Below are positions 51,554 through 60,288 of a stretch of DNA of 64,000 nucleotides, in pieces. The stretch lies in assembly GCA_948468385.1 (NCBI GenBank), contig CAOKHZ010000008.1:40265-104264 (forward strand), in the 5' to 3' direction. Numbering within the stretch: position 1 is the first letter of the stretch; every line of letters starts with the position of its first letter. This DNA is from an uncultured Faecalicatena sp. GTDB lineage: Bacteria > Bacillota > Clostridia > Lachnospirales > Lachnospiraceae. Under the pieces are notes generated by a model. That model was not told the DNA's origin. It did not search any database and saw only the letters and a list, made by a program, of their open reading frames with translations. Both the position numbers and the translations under genes were made by a program.

Positions 51554-52261
51554 ATGATAAGAATTGCCGTGGTGGAGGACGAGCAGGCCTATCGGCACCA
51601 AATCGTGGAGTACCTGCATCGTTACGAAAAAGAAAATAAAGAAAAAATTCAAATCAGCGTGTACCGGGACGGGGACGATATCTTGCAGGAGTATCGCGCC
51701 CAGTTTGACGTTATCTTGATGGACATCCAGATGCGGTTCGTGGACGGGATGAGCGCGGCTGAGGAAATCCGCGGACGAGACGCGGAGGTGATACTGATTT
51801 TCATTACCAACATGGCACAGTATGCCATCCGTGGATATCAGGTCGACGCGATGGATTACGTGCTCAAGCCGATTTCCTATTTCTCGTTTAGTCAAAAAAT
51901 TGCCAAGGCCGCGGCCAGGATTGGAAAGCGGCATGGCGGCCATGTCACGGTGCCGGTCAAGGGCGGGGTGTGCAGGTTGGCGGTTTCGGACATTTACTAT
52001 GTGGAGAGCGAGGGGCACAACCTGCTCTACCACACGAAAAACGGAACGCTCGTTTCGGCGGGGACGATGAAGTCCGCGGAGGAAATGCTGGAAAAACGAC
52101 ATTTTTCAAGGGGGAACAAAGGATACTTGATCAATCTTGAGCATGTGGAGGGCGTGAAGGACAAGTGCGCGCGGGTAAACGGGGAGAACCTTTTGCTAAG
52201 CCGCCTTGGCATGAAAAAGTTCATGCAGGATCTGACGCGTTATTGGGGCGAGATGGAGTGA
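51554..52261 (+). CDS. LytTR-family response regulator, paralogue of the one at 25818
   Basis: MIRIAVVEDEQAY... It shares FITNMAQYAI(H/R)GY.V.A.DYVLKP and the LytTR C-terminal domain with the first regulator. ATG at 51554 follows a GGAGAG RBS. Confidence 0.88.
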   Translation: MIRIAVVEDEQAYRHQIVEYLHRYEKENKEKIQISVYRDGDDILQEYRAQFDVILMDIQMRFVDGMSAAEEIRGRDAEVILIFITNMAQYAIRGYQVDAMDYVLKPISYFSFSQKIAKAAARIGKRHGGHVTVPVKGGVCRLAVSDIYYVESEGHNLLYHTKNGTLVSAGTMKSAEEMLEKRHFSRGNKGYLINLEHVEGVKDKCARVNGENLLLSRLGMKKFMQDLTRYWGEME

Positions 52262-52269
52262 GGTGCGTG

Positions 52270-53583
52270 ATGAACGAGTTGCAGGAGATATTGCCGGATA
52301 TTCCAAGGTATTATACGGCGTTGGCCGAGTGGCTTTCATGTATCGTGATTATTTTTCACATAAAGAAACGACTTGGGGGGCGAAGGCTGGCATTGGCGTG
52401 TGGCTGTGCCTTAGGTTTGCAGGTTTGCTTTATGGAAAGCACGGGCGGTTTGGAAACGGCATGGTGGCTGCCGTGCATGTTCGCGGCCATCGCCTTGATG
52501 ATTGGCTTTTTATATGTTTGTGGCGACGTGGATTGGAAGGATGCCGTGTATTATGGCGCGTATGCCTTCATCATGGCGGAGACGGCGGCTTCCCTGGAGT
52601 GGCAGCTTTATTTGTTCGGGCGTGAGAGGTATGCCGCACATGCCTGGTTATATGAGTACGGGGTACTGGCCGTGTCGTTCGCGGCCATTTTTTTCTTGTA
52701 CTGGCGGTTGTGCGCGATGCTGTTGGACGAGGAAGAAGGGCTGGGGGTAGAGACGAAGGACTTGTTGGCGGTGGTGCTTTTGACGGGGAGCGTGTTTTTT
52801 GTCAGTAATCTCGGGTTCGTAACGAGAAACACGCCGTTTAGCGGATTGTACGCGAGGGAAATTTTAAATATCCGCACGTTTGCCGACATTGCCGGGTTGG
52901 CCGCGTTGTGCGCCTACCACGTCCAATGGCGGGACCAGAAAGTGCGTCGGGAGTTGGAGTGCATTCGGAATATTTTGCATAATCAGTACATTCAGTATAA
53001 ACAGTCTCAGCAGACGCTGGAACTCATCAATTATAAATATCATGATTTGAAACACTATATCGTTGCCTTGCAGGCCAAGGAGGACGGGCAAAGAAGCGGG
53101 TACCTGGAACGTCTGAAAGAGGAAATCCAGCAATTCGAGGTACAAGGCAGGACCGGGAACAAGGTGCTTGACACCTTGCTTGCCGCCAAGGGGATGGAGT
53201 GCCAGAAGGAAGGCATCGAGCTAACCAGCGTGGCGGATGGCACGCTTCTTGAGTTTATGGACGTGATGGACATTTGTTCGATTTTCGGAAATGCCCTGGA
53301 CAATGCCATTGAATGTGAGAAAAAAATCGACGAGGCCGAAAAGCGGATGATTCATTTGCATTTGTCCTCCAGACACGAGTTCGTGGTGATTAAGATTGAA
53401 AATTATTATGAGGGCGACATCCGGTTCGAGCGGGAACTTCCGGTGACTACCAAGAAGGACAAGGAGTTTCACGGGTATGGATTGAAGAGCTTGAAATATA
53501 CCGTACACCAATACCATGGCGAGGTGGACATCCGTGCTGAAAATCATTGGTTTTCTCTAAGGATTTTGATTCCAATGCTCTGA
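52270..53583 (+). CDS. AgrC-like GHKL sensor histidine kinase, paralogue of the one at 26524
   Basis: MNELQEILPDIPRYY... with ~6 TM. The H-box is INYKYHDLKHYIVAL, the N-box is FGNALDNAIEC and the G-box is HGYGLKSL. It starts 8 nt after the response regulator stop. Confidence 0.85.
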   Translation: MNELQEILPDIPRYYTALAEWLSCIVIIFHIKKRLGGRRLALACGCALGLQVCFMESTGGLETAWWLPCMFAAIALMIGFLYVCGDVDWKDAVYYGAYAFIMAETAASLEWQLYLFGRERYAAHAWLYEYGVLAVSFAAIFFLYWRLCAMLLDEEEGLGVETKDLLAVVLLTGSVFFVSNLGFVTRNTPFSGLYAREILNIRTFADIAGLAALCAYHVQWRDQKVRRELECIRNILHNQYIQYKQSQQTLELINYKYHDLKHYIVALQAKEDGQRSGYLERLKEEIQQFEVQGRTGNKVLDTLLAAKGMECQKEGIELTSVADGTLLEFMDVMDICSIFGNALDNAIECEKKIDEAEKRMIHLHLSSRHEFVVIKIENYYEGDIRFERELPVTTKKDKEFHGYGLKSLKYTVHQYHGEVDIRAENHWFSLRILIPML

Positions 53584-53642
53584 AAAATGAAATTGTCTGA
53601 CAACGGCTTATGAAAATTTAAAAATTTGTTCTTCCCTTTGGA

Positions 53643-53691
53643 CACAATATGTAGTATGATAGTGAAAGACATCAAAACAAGATATAGTGCA
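53643..53691 (+). promoter_or_regulatory. Two NrdR-box-like sites upstream of nrdD
   Basis: ACACAATATGTAGTAT (53643-53658, 14/16) and AAACAAGATATAGTGC (53676-53691, 13/16) against the consensus acaCwAtATaTwGtgt. The boxes are offset by 33 bp. Confidence 0.6.
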
Positions 53692-53760
53692 TGGGCGTGT
53701 CGCCTGCCGTGGTGATACGGGGCTGGCGGCAGACACATACGAAAGGTGGATGAGGAGAGT

Positions 53761-55953
53761 ATGATAAATCTTGATGTAAAAACGAAGGTAATTAAGCGAA
53801 ACGGAAAAGAGGTCAGTTTTGATCTTTCTAAAATTACGAACGCGATAGAAAAGGCGAATAACGAGGTGGATCAGATTCACCAGATGAACATTTTCCAGAT
53901 TAACGCGATTGCGGAGACGATCGCCAATCAGGTGAAGGAATCCACCCACGCGGTCAACGTGGAGGACATTCAGGATTTGGTGGAAACGCGCATCATGGAG
54001 ATGCGCGGGTACGAGGTGGCGCAGAAGTACGTGCGTTACCGTTATAAGAGGGAGCTGACCCGTAAATCCAATACGACGGATAACGGAATCCTCGCGCTTA
54101 TCGAACATATCAACGAGGAAGTGAAGCAGGAAAATTCCAATAAAAACCCGATTATCAACTCCACCCAGAGAGATTACATGGCGGGCGAGGTCAGCAAGGA
54201 CTTGTCCAAGCGCGTGCTTCTGCCGGAGGACATCGTGAGGGCGCACGAGGAAGGCGTCATTCATTTTCATGACACCGATTACTTCGCGCAAAAGGAGCAC
54301 AATTGCGACTTGATTAACCTGGAAGACATGCTGCAGAACGGCACGGTTATCAGCGAGACGATGATTGAGAAGCCGCACAGCTTCTTTACCGCGTGCAACG
54401 TGACGACGCAGATCGTGGCGCAGGTCGCCAGCAACCAGTATGGCGGGCAGTCTTTTTCATTGTCCCATCTGGCGCCGTTCGTGGACATCAGCCGACAGAA
54501 GATTCGCAAGGCCGTAATCGAGGAGCGCGAGGAGTGCCATGAGAGTATGAATGCGGAAATTATTGACAAGGTTACCGAGCGCAGGCTGAGGAGGGAAATC
54601 AAGGACGGCATTCAGACCATTCAGTACCAGCTGATTACCTTGATGACTTGTAACGGGCAGGCTCCGTTCGTGACGGTGTTCATGTATTTGGACGAGGTGG
54701 CCGAGGGCCGCACCCGCGACGACTTGGCGATGATTATCGAGGAAGTGCTGGTGCAGCGGATGCAGGGCGTGAAGAACGAGAAAGGCGTGTGGATTACTCC
54801 CGCATTCCCCAAGCTGATTTACGTGTTGGACGAGGACAATATCACGGAGGGTGCCAAGTATTGGTATCTGACCGAGTTGGCGGCGAAGTGCACGGCCAAG
54901 CGGATGGTGCCGGACTACATTTCGGCCAAGATGATGCGGGAACTTAAGAAGGGCGAGGTATATACCTGCATGGGATGCCGGTCGTTTTTGACGGTGGAGG
55001 ACAATCAGCTCAACCCGGACGGTAGCCACAAGTTTTACGGCAGGTTCAACCAGGGCGTGGTAACCATCAACCTGGTTGACGTGGCTTGTTCCGCCAAAGG
55101 GGACATGGATGAGTTTTGGAAGATTTTGGATGAGAGGTTGGAGTTGTGCCATAGGGCTTTGCGCTGTCGGCATGAGCGTTTGCTTGGCACGGTGTCGGAC
55201 GTGGCTCCGATTTTGTGGCAGAATGGCGCGTTGGCACGCTTGAAAAAGGGAGAGACGATTGACAAGCTGCTATATGGCGGATATTCCACGATTTCCCTCG
55301 GATATGCGGGATTGTACGAGATGTGCATGCGCATGTACGGCAAGTCCCATACCGACCCGGAGGCGAAGCCGTTTGCCTTGAAGGTGATGCAGCGGTTGAA
55401 CGACAAGTGCGCGGAGTGGAAGGCGGCGGAGAACATCAGCTATTCCGTATACGGCACGCCGATGGAGTCCACCACGTACAAGTTCGCGAAATGCCTACAG
55501 AAACGGTTCGGCGTCATTGAGGGCGTGACCGATAAGAACTATATCACGAACAGCTACCACGTGCATGTTTCCGAGGAGATTGACGCGTTTAACAAGCTGA
55601 AGTTCGAGTCGGAGTTCCAGAAATTGTCGCCGGGTGGAGCCATCAGCTACGTGGAGGTGCCGAACATGCAGCACAATATCCCGGCGGTGTTGTCCGTGAT
55701 GCAGTTTATTTATAACAACATCATGTACGCGGAATTGAATACCAAGAGTGATTTCTGCGAATGCTGCGGTTACGACGGGGAAATCCAGATTGTTGAGGAC
55801 GAGTCCGGAAAGCTCGTGTGGGAATGTCCAAATTGCGGCAGCCGCGACCAGGAGAAGATGTCTGTGGCGAGACGGACTTGCGGGTATATCGGGACGCAGT
55901 TTTGGAACCAGGGGCGGACTCAGGAGATTAAGGACAGGGTGTTGCATTTGTAA
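53761..55953 (+). CDS. nrdD: Anaerobic ribonucleoside-triphosphate reductase (class III)
   Basis: MINLDVKTKVIKRNGKEVSFD (ATP-cone), a C-terminal Zn site (CECCGYDGE...CPNCGS) and the glycyl-radical motif RRTCGYIG. Confidence 0.92.
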   Translation: MINLDVKTKVIKRNGKEVSFDLSKITNAIEKANNEVDQIHQMNIFQINAIAETIANQVKESTHAVNVEDIQDLVETRIMEMRGYEVAQKYVRYRYKRELTRKSNTTDNGILALIEHINEEVKQENSNKNPIINSTQRDYMAGEVSKDLSKRVLLPEDIVRAHEEGVIHFHDTDYFAQKEHNCDLINLEDMLQNGTVISETMIEKPHSFFTACNVTTQIVAQVASNQYGGQSFSLSHLAPFVDISRQKIRKAVIEEREECHESMNAEIIDKVTERRLRREIKDGIQTIQYQLITLMTCNGQAPFVTVFMYLDEVAEGRTRDDLAMIIEEVLVQRMQGVKNEKGVWITPAFPKLIYVLDEDNITEGAKYWYLTELAAKCTAKRMVPDYISAKMMRELKKGEVYTCMGCRSFLTVEDNQLNPDGSHKFYGRFNQGVVTINLVDVACSAKGDMDEFWKILDERLELCHRALRCRHERLLGTVSDVAPILWQNGALARLKKGETIDKLLYGGYSTISLGYAGLYEMCMRMYGKSHTDPEAKPFALKVMQRLNDKCAEWKAAENISYSVYGTPMESTTYKFAKCLQKRFGVIEGVTDKNYITNSYHVHVSEEIDAFNKLKFESEFQKLSPGGAISYVEVPNMQHNIPAVLSVMQFIYNNIMYAELNTKSDFCECCGYDGEIQIVEDESGKLVWECPNCGSRDQEKMSVARRTCGYIGTQFWNQGRTQEIKDRVLHL

Positions 55954-56123
55954 AAGATTTGTTGCTATGAACAGTAACAAAGGTTTTGCGGACGATGAGT
56001 GAAATAGGGCGTTCTTGAATTCCTCCCCGGGCGGATTACCATGGTGATTCGTTCGGGGAATGTTGTGCTTTTAGGATATGACGATGGTCACCGGTAATAG
56101 AAGCGATAAGGGCATCGGACAGA

Positions 56124-56411
56124 TTGCTACAAAGCACATGGAACCATGACGAAGAAGCGGTGGCGGCCGGAATTGAAGTATCTCATCTGGCGAATGCGTC
56201 CGTTTTAAAATATAATGACGAGAATTCATTGCGATGCGTAATCAGATTGGCATATTACAATGCGATGAACGAGTATACGATTATTGACGAGATGCCGACC
56301 GGGAAAGGGTATGCGGATCTCGTGTTTATTCCCAGGCCGTGTTCGGACAAACCGGCCATGGTCGTCGAACTTAAATATGGGGGCGGTCTGAATGCGAGTG
56401 AAATTTGTTGA
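56124..56411 (+). pseudogene. Remnant of a PD-(D/E)XK nuclease (PDDEXK_9 / AAA-ATPase-like family) C-terminal domain
   Basis: The 95-aa ORF contains LKYNDENSLRCVIRLAYYNAMNEYTIIDEMPTGKGYADLVFIPR...PAMVVELKY. It lacks the N-terminal ATPase region and the usual C-terminal continuation, and has no RBS. Confidence 0.6.
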
Positions 56412-56436
56412 AAATAGAAAGAAATTGTGGTATAGT
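56408..56436 (+). promoter_or_regulatory. Sigma-A-type promoter of the second glycan-decoration cluster
   Basis: TTGAAA (56408-56413), 17 nt spacer, TATAGT (56431-56436), with a TGG extended -10. Confidence 0.6.
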
Positions 56437-56547
56437 AGGAACACTTGGGTTGCTTTCCGACTTGTGCCGACGTTGGCAGAAAGGGGCATGGTTGGGAACA
56501 TGATTGGTGTTGTAAGGAGATGCTGGTAGAAGAGAAGGAGAGTTTCG

Positions 56548-57234
56548 ATGGAAAACAAGGTTTTGAGCGTGGTGATTCCTTGCTATAACGAACGGGAAAG
56601 TATTTTGGAGATACTTAAAAAAGTCAAGGCGGCTCCGGTGGAGCACATGGAGATTATAGTGGTGGATGACAAGTCGACCGACGGGACGACGGAGATTGTC
56701 AGGGAAAAGGTCGAGCCCATCGTGGACAAGGTTATTTACCACACGGAAAATACCGGGAAGGGCGGAGCCTTGCGGACCGGCTTCATGGCGGCGACGGGCG
56801 ACGTGGTCATCATTCAGGACGCGGACATGGAGTATGACCCGAACGAGTACCCGCAGGTGGTAGGCCCCATTTTCGAGGGGAAGGCGGAGGTCGTTTATGG
56901 CTCCCGTTTTCTAAACCAGAGTGCGAAGGGGTATCTTTTAAATCGCTTGGCGAACAAGGGACTTACGTTCTTGTCCAACCTGCGCACGCATCAGAAATTG
57001 ACGGACATGGAGACTTGCTACAAGGCATTTAAGAGGGAAATCATCCAGTCGATAGACATTGAAGAGAAGAGGTTTGGCTTCGAGCCGGAGATTACGGCCA
57101 AGATATCCAAGAAGGGCATCACGATACAAGAAGTACCGATTTCTTACTATCCGAGAAGCAACGAGGAAGGAAAGAAGATTGGCTGGAAGGATGGCGTGAG
57201 AGCGTTGCACTGTATTTGGCATTATAGTAGGTAG
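56548..57234 (+). CDS. Glycosyltransferase family 2 (polyprenol-phosphate sugar synthase-like, soluble)
   Basis: 228 aa: LSVVIPCYNERESI...IVVDDKSTDGT...IIQDADMEYDP...VYGSRF. Confidence 0.8.
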   Translation: MENKVLSVVIPCYNERESILEILKKVKAAPVEHMEIIVVDDKSTDGTTEIVREKVEPIVDKVIYHTENTGKGGALRTGFMAATGDVVIIQDADMEYDPNEYPQVVGPIFEGKAEVVYGSRFLNQSAKGYLLNRLANKGLTFLSNLRTHQKLTDMETCYKAFKREIIQSIDIEEKRFGFEPEITAKISKKGITIQEVPISYYPRSNEEGKKIGWKDGVRALHCIWHYSR

Positions 57235-57264
57235 GCCGTCTGGTGGCCTTGGGGATGGAAGACG

Positions 57265-58362
57265 ATGGGAAAAAGTACGGACAATAAAGGGCGGAACGCG
57301 GCCATTGACTTGGCGAAGTTCGTGATGGCGATATTTGTCGTGGCGATTCACGTCCGTCCGTTTTCGGGCTGGCTGGCGTTTGTGGTGGATGATTGCATTA
57401 CGCGTTTGGCAAACCCGATGTTTTTCGTGATTTCGTCCTACTTTTTGTTTTATCGCGCGGAAACGGAGCGGGTTCAAAATGGCAATGTAAGATGGAGGGG
57501 CGGATTGCTTTGGAACTATGTAAAAAGACTCCTTGTCCTTTATACGGTTTTGTTTTTATTGAATATGCCGAACGTGATGCGCCTGGTGGAATTTGACGGG
57601 ATGAAGGAATTGGTTGCCCGTCTTTTTCAATTCTATTTTCTATCAGGGCCTTCCCATACGGCGTTGTGGTTTTTACCGGCACTGGTATGGGGAGTGGTTC
57701 TCACCTTTTGGATCGGCAGGGCGACAAGGCCGTGGGTCGCGTTGCTGGTAGGTTTGCCGCTGTATTCGTTGACCGTGTTGGACGGCGATTACACGGTATT
57801 TGTAAGGGAGGCCGTCTGGTTTCAAGCTCTTGTAGATGGGTTTAAGGCAATCTTTATATGGTTGGCAAACGGTCCTACCTATGGACTATTCTATTGTGCC
57901 CTGGGCGCGTGCGTGGCAGTCGGAAATGTCAGAAGAGGCGAAAAACTTCGGGAGAAAAAACGGGAATACCGAACATGGTTTGGCGTGGCGACGGGGATTT
58001 TTCTGGCCTTGTATATAGTGGAATGCGTGCTAATCAAGCATTACCAGTGGGGAGTGGGATTCGGAGCCCAGTTCATGATGATTCCGTTCTCCTACTTTTG
58101 TCTGCAGTTCCTTCTGTTTTCGGAAATAAAGGAACGGTCAATATATCGATTTTTACAGAAAATGAGCATCGTGATTTTTGGCGTACAGTTTCTGGTAATT
58201 TCCGGGCTTGGAGAATTGTTCGGGGGATGCGGATGGTATGCGGAGTCAGCGACGGTGCAGTTTGTCATCGTGCTGGCGGTGACGAGCGCGATTGCTGCGG
58301 TGGCGGTGTGGGTTTCGGAGCGGGCTGCGGCAAAGCAAGGAGAGAAAAACTGCGGCAGATGA
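57265..58362 (+). CDS. Acyltransferase-3 family membrane protein (O-acyltransferase)
   Basis: 365 aa with ~10 TM. The N-terminal AIDLAKFVMAIFVVAIHVRPF is typical of the family. Confidence 0.75.
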   Translation: MGKSTDNKGRNAAIDLAKFVMAIFVVAIHVRPFSGWLAFVVDDCITRLANPMFFVISSYFLFYRAETERVQNGNVRWRGGLLWNYVKRLLVLYTVLFLLNMPNVMRLVEFDGMKELVARLFQFYFLSGPSHTALWFLPALVWGVVLTFWIGRATRPWVALLVGLPLYSLTVLDGDYTVFVREAVWFQALVDGFKAIFIWLANGPTYGLFYCALGACVAVGNVRRGEKLREKKREYRTWFGVATGIFLALYIVECVLIKHYQWGVGFGAQFMMIPFSYFCLQFLLFSEIKERSIYRFLQKMSIVIFGVQFLVISGLGELFGGCGWYAESATVQFVIVLAVTSAIAAVAVWVSERAAAKQGEKNCGR

Positions 58363-58386
58363 AAAGGAAATGGCGAGGGGCTGGGA

Positions 58387-59424
58387 ATGGAAGACGTATT
58401 ACAAGGGGAAGGCGGGACGACAAAACAGCGGGTGGAATGGGCGGACATGGCGAAAGGCCTTGTGATTATTTTGATGATATATGGGCACTCCGTTGAAGTG
58501 GCCAGCAAGCAGTGGATGCTCATATATTCCTTTCATATGCCATTCTTCATCCTGATAAGCGGGTTCTTTTTTAAGGACATGGATTGGCGGCGGTTCCTAA
58601 AAAGGAATATAAGGGGAATGTTGCTTCCTTATGCGTGTACCATCGCAATAGAGTACGTACTTCGCATCGTGTTGTTGGGAGCGGACTGGAAAGAGAGTTT
58701 GGCGAAAATGTTCTTTACCACATTGACGGGGTTGAGCATGAAGGGGGAGGTTTCGTTCGTATTGGCCGAGGGCGTGGGCTTGCTATGGTTCGTGCCGATG
58801 CTGTTTTGCGTGAAGCTTTTATTTCTGTTGGCATCCAAATGTGGCAAGGGGAACGAGTTCGTGCGAATGTCGGTGGTCATATTATTGGTGATGCTTGGTC
58901 TGTGCCTACAGCGAAACCATTGCTATCTTCCATGGAGTCTGGATATCGCGCTATATGGAACAGGGTTTTATTATGTGGGATTTTTGTTAAGAAAATACAA
59001 TTTGTGCCAGATGATGTTTCAAAATGTGCGATATGTCCTCATCTGGATCGCTATCTGGTACGTGGGCGTTTCGAGCCAGTTTCGGTACGAAATGGTCATG
59101 CGTAGTTACACGGGGGAAATAATTTGCATGTTTGCCGCCGTGGCGGGTTCTCTTTTATGTTGTATGATTTCTAATTATTTAAGCAAGGTGAAAGGAATAA
59201 AAGGTTTTTTTGGATGGATGGGGCGGGGAACCATGGCGGTGTTGTGCCTGCACCATTTAGAAAAGGCGTTTATTCGCTATGAGGATTTTGGAATGCATCT
59301 GGGGCACAAGCTGTTCGTGGTAAGGCTGTTGCTCATCGTCGGCGGTTATCTGCTGATTACTTCCTTGACATTTTCATGGAGGAGATTTATACTGAGTGGC
59401 AGATTTAACTGCCGCTCAGTATAA
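58387..59424 (+). CDS. Second acyltransferase-3 family membrane protein
   Basis: 345 aa and polytopic: RVEWADMAKGLVIILMIYGHS... Confidence 0.7.
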   Translation: MEDVLQGEGGTTKQRVEWADMAKGLVIILMIYGHSVEVASKQWMLIYSFHMPFFILISGFFFKDMDWRRFLKRNIRGMLLPYACTIAIEYVLRIVLLGADWKESLAKMFFTTLTGLSMKGEVSFVLAEGVGLLWFVPMLFCVKLLFLLASKCGKGNEFVRMSVVILLVMLGLCLQRNHCYLPWSLDIALYGTGFYYVGFLLRKYNLCQMMFQNVRYVLIWIAIWYVGVSSQFRYEMVMRSYTGEIICMFAAVAGSLLCCMISNYLSKVKGIKGFFGWMGRGTMAVLCLHHLEKAFIRYEDFGMHLGHKLFVVRLLLIVGGYLLITSLTFSWRRFILSGRFNCRSV

Positions 59425-59566
59425 TATGATAAACACAGCCGCATAAGGAAATATGCCGCTTTGCAGCTGCGGCTGGCGCGATACTTACGGCAGATAAAAT
59501 CTGTCGTGAGTATAAAATGAAACAAGTGTTTAGAAATGAATGAAGAAAGTGAAAGAGGGATTCATC

Positions 59567-60274
59567 ATGAAAATCAAATTCGAACTGTTTGCCATAAAGT
59601 TTATAAAAGTGTTCCTTACGGGTGTAAACCATGTATTATCAAAAGTCAAGCTTGCCGTAGTGGTTCAGATGAGGAGCGTCGGATGGAAACGGCACGGCTT
59701 CGTCAACGGATATGATTATATACGTTTTTCTTCCTTGGAACTTGTCGCACGAGAGATACACAATCGGAAAATTCCCGGAAATGTCGCGGAGCTTGGCGTG
59801 TATCGGGGAGACTTCGCTTCTAAAATAAATATCGCGTTTCCAGACAGAAAGCTCTATTTGTTTGATACTTTCGAGGGATTTGCCAAAGAAGATATTGAGA
59901 CGGAACAAAAAGAATCATTTTCCAAGATGAAGAGCAAGGATTTCAGTGACACCAGCGTGTCATTGGTTCTGAAAAAAATGAGGCATGCGGGGAACTGCAT
60001 TATCAAAAAGGGATTTTTCCCGGAAACGGCAGAAGGCGTGGAAGATACGTTTGCGTTTGTAAGCATAGACTGTGATTTGTATGACCCGATTTTAAGCGGG
60101 CTGCAATTTTTCTGGGAAAGATTGTCCGTGGGAGGATATATCTTTGTTCATGAATATAATCAGACGGAGTATCTCGGTTCGAATGCGGCGGTGAATGAGT
60201 TCATCAAGGAGAACCCGGACGTCCACTTTTTCCCGCTCACGGATCAGGGGGGATCCATTGTACTAATCAAGTAA
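59567..60274 (+). CDS. TylF/MycF-type class I SAM-dependent O-methyltransferase
   Basis: Motifs are GNVAELGVYRGDFAS, LYLFDTFEGF and VSIDCDLYDPILSGLQFFWERLSVGGYIFVHEY. ATG at 59567 (AGAGGG RBS) is preferred over the ORF track start at 59540. Confidence 0.75.
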   Translation: MKIKFELFAIKFIKVFLTGVNHVLSKVKLAVVVQMRSVGWKRHGFVNGYDYIRFSSLELVAREIHNRKIPGNVAELGVYRGDFASKINIAFPDRKLYLFDTFEGFAKEDIETEQKESFSKMKSKDFSDTSVSLVLKKMRHAGNCIIKKGFFPETAEGVEDTFAFVSIDCDLYDPILSGLQFFWERLSVGGYIFVHEYNQTEYLGSNAAVNEFIKENPDVHFFPLTDQGGSIVLIK

Positions 60275-60288
60275 GAGGAAAACGCATC

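Noticed and set aside
53692-53745. GC-rich segment between the NrdR boxes and the nrdD RBS (GTGTCGCCTGCC...GGCGGCAGACAC), considered as a cobalamin or other riboswitch
   Set aside because: It is only an imperfect single hairpin and far too short for a B12 riboswitch. Class III reductase is not B12-dependent.
56124-56411. Considered whether the gene fragment is a transposase or IS remnant marking a mobile element
   Set aside because: The sequence matches the PD-(D/E)XK (PDDEXK_9) nuclease family C-terminal domain, not a transposase. I saw no inverted terminal repeats or target duplications.
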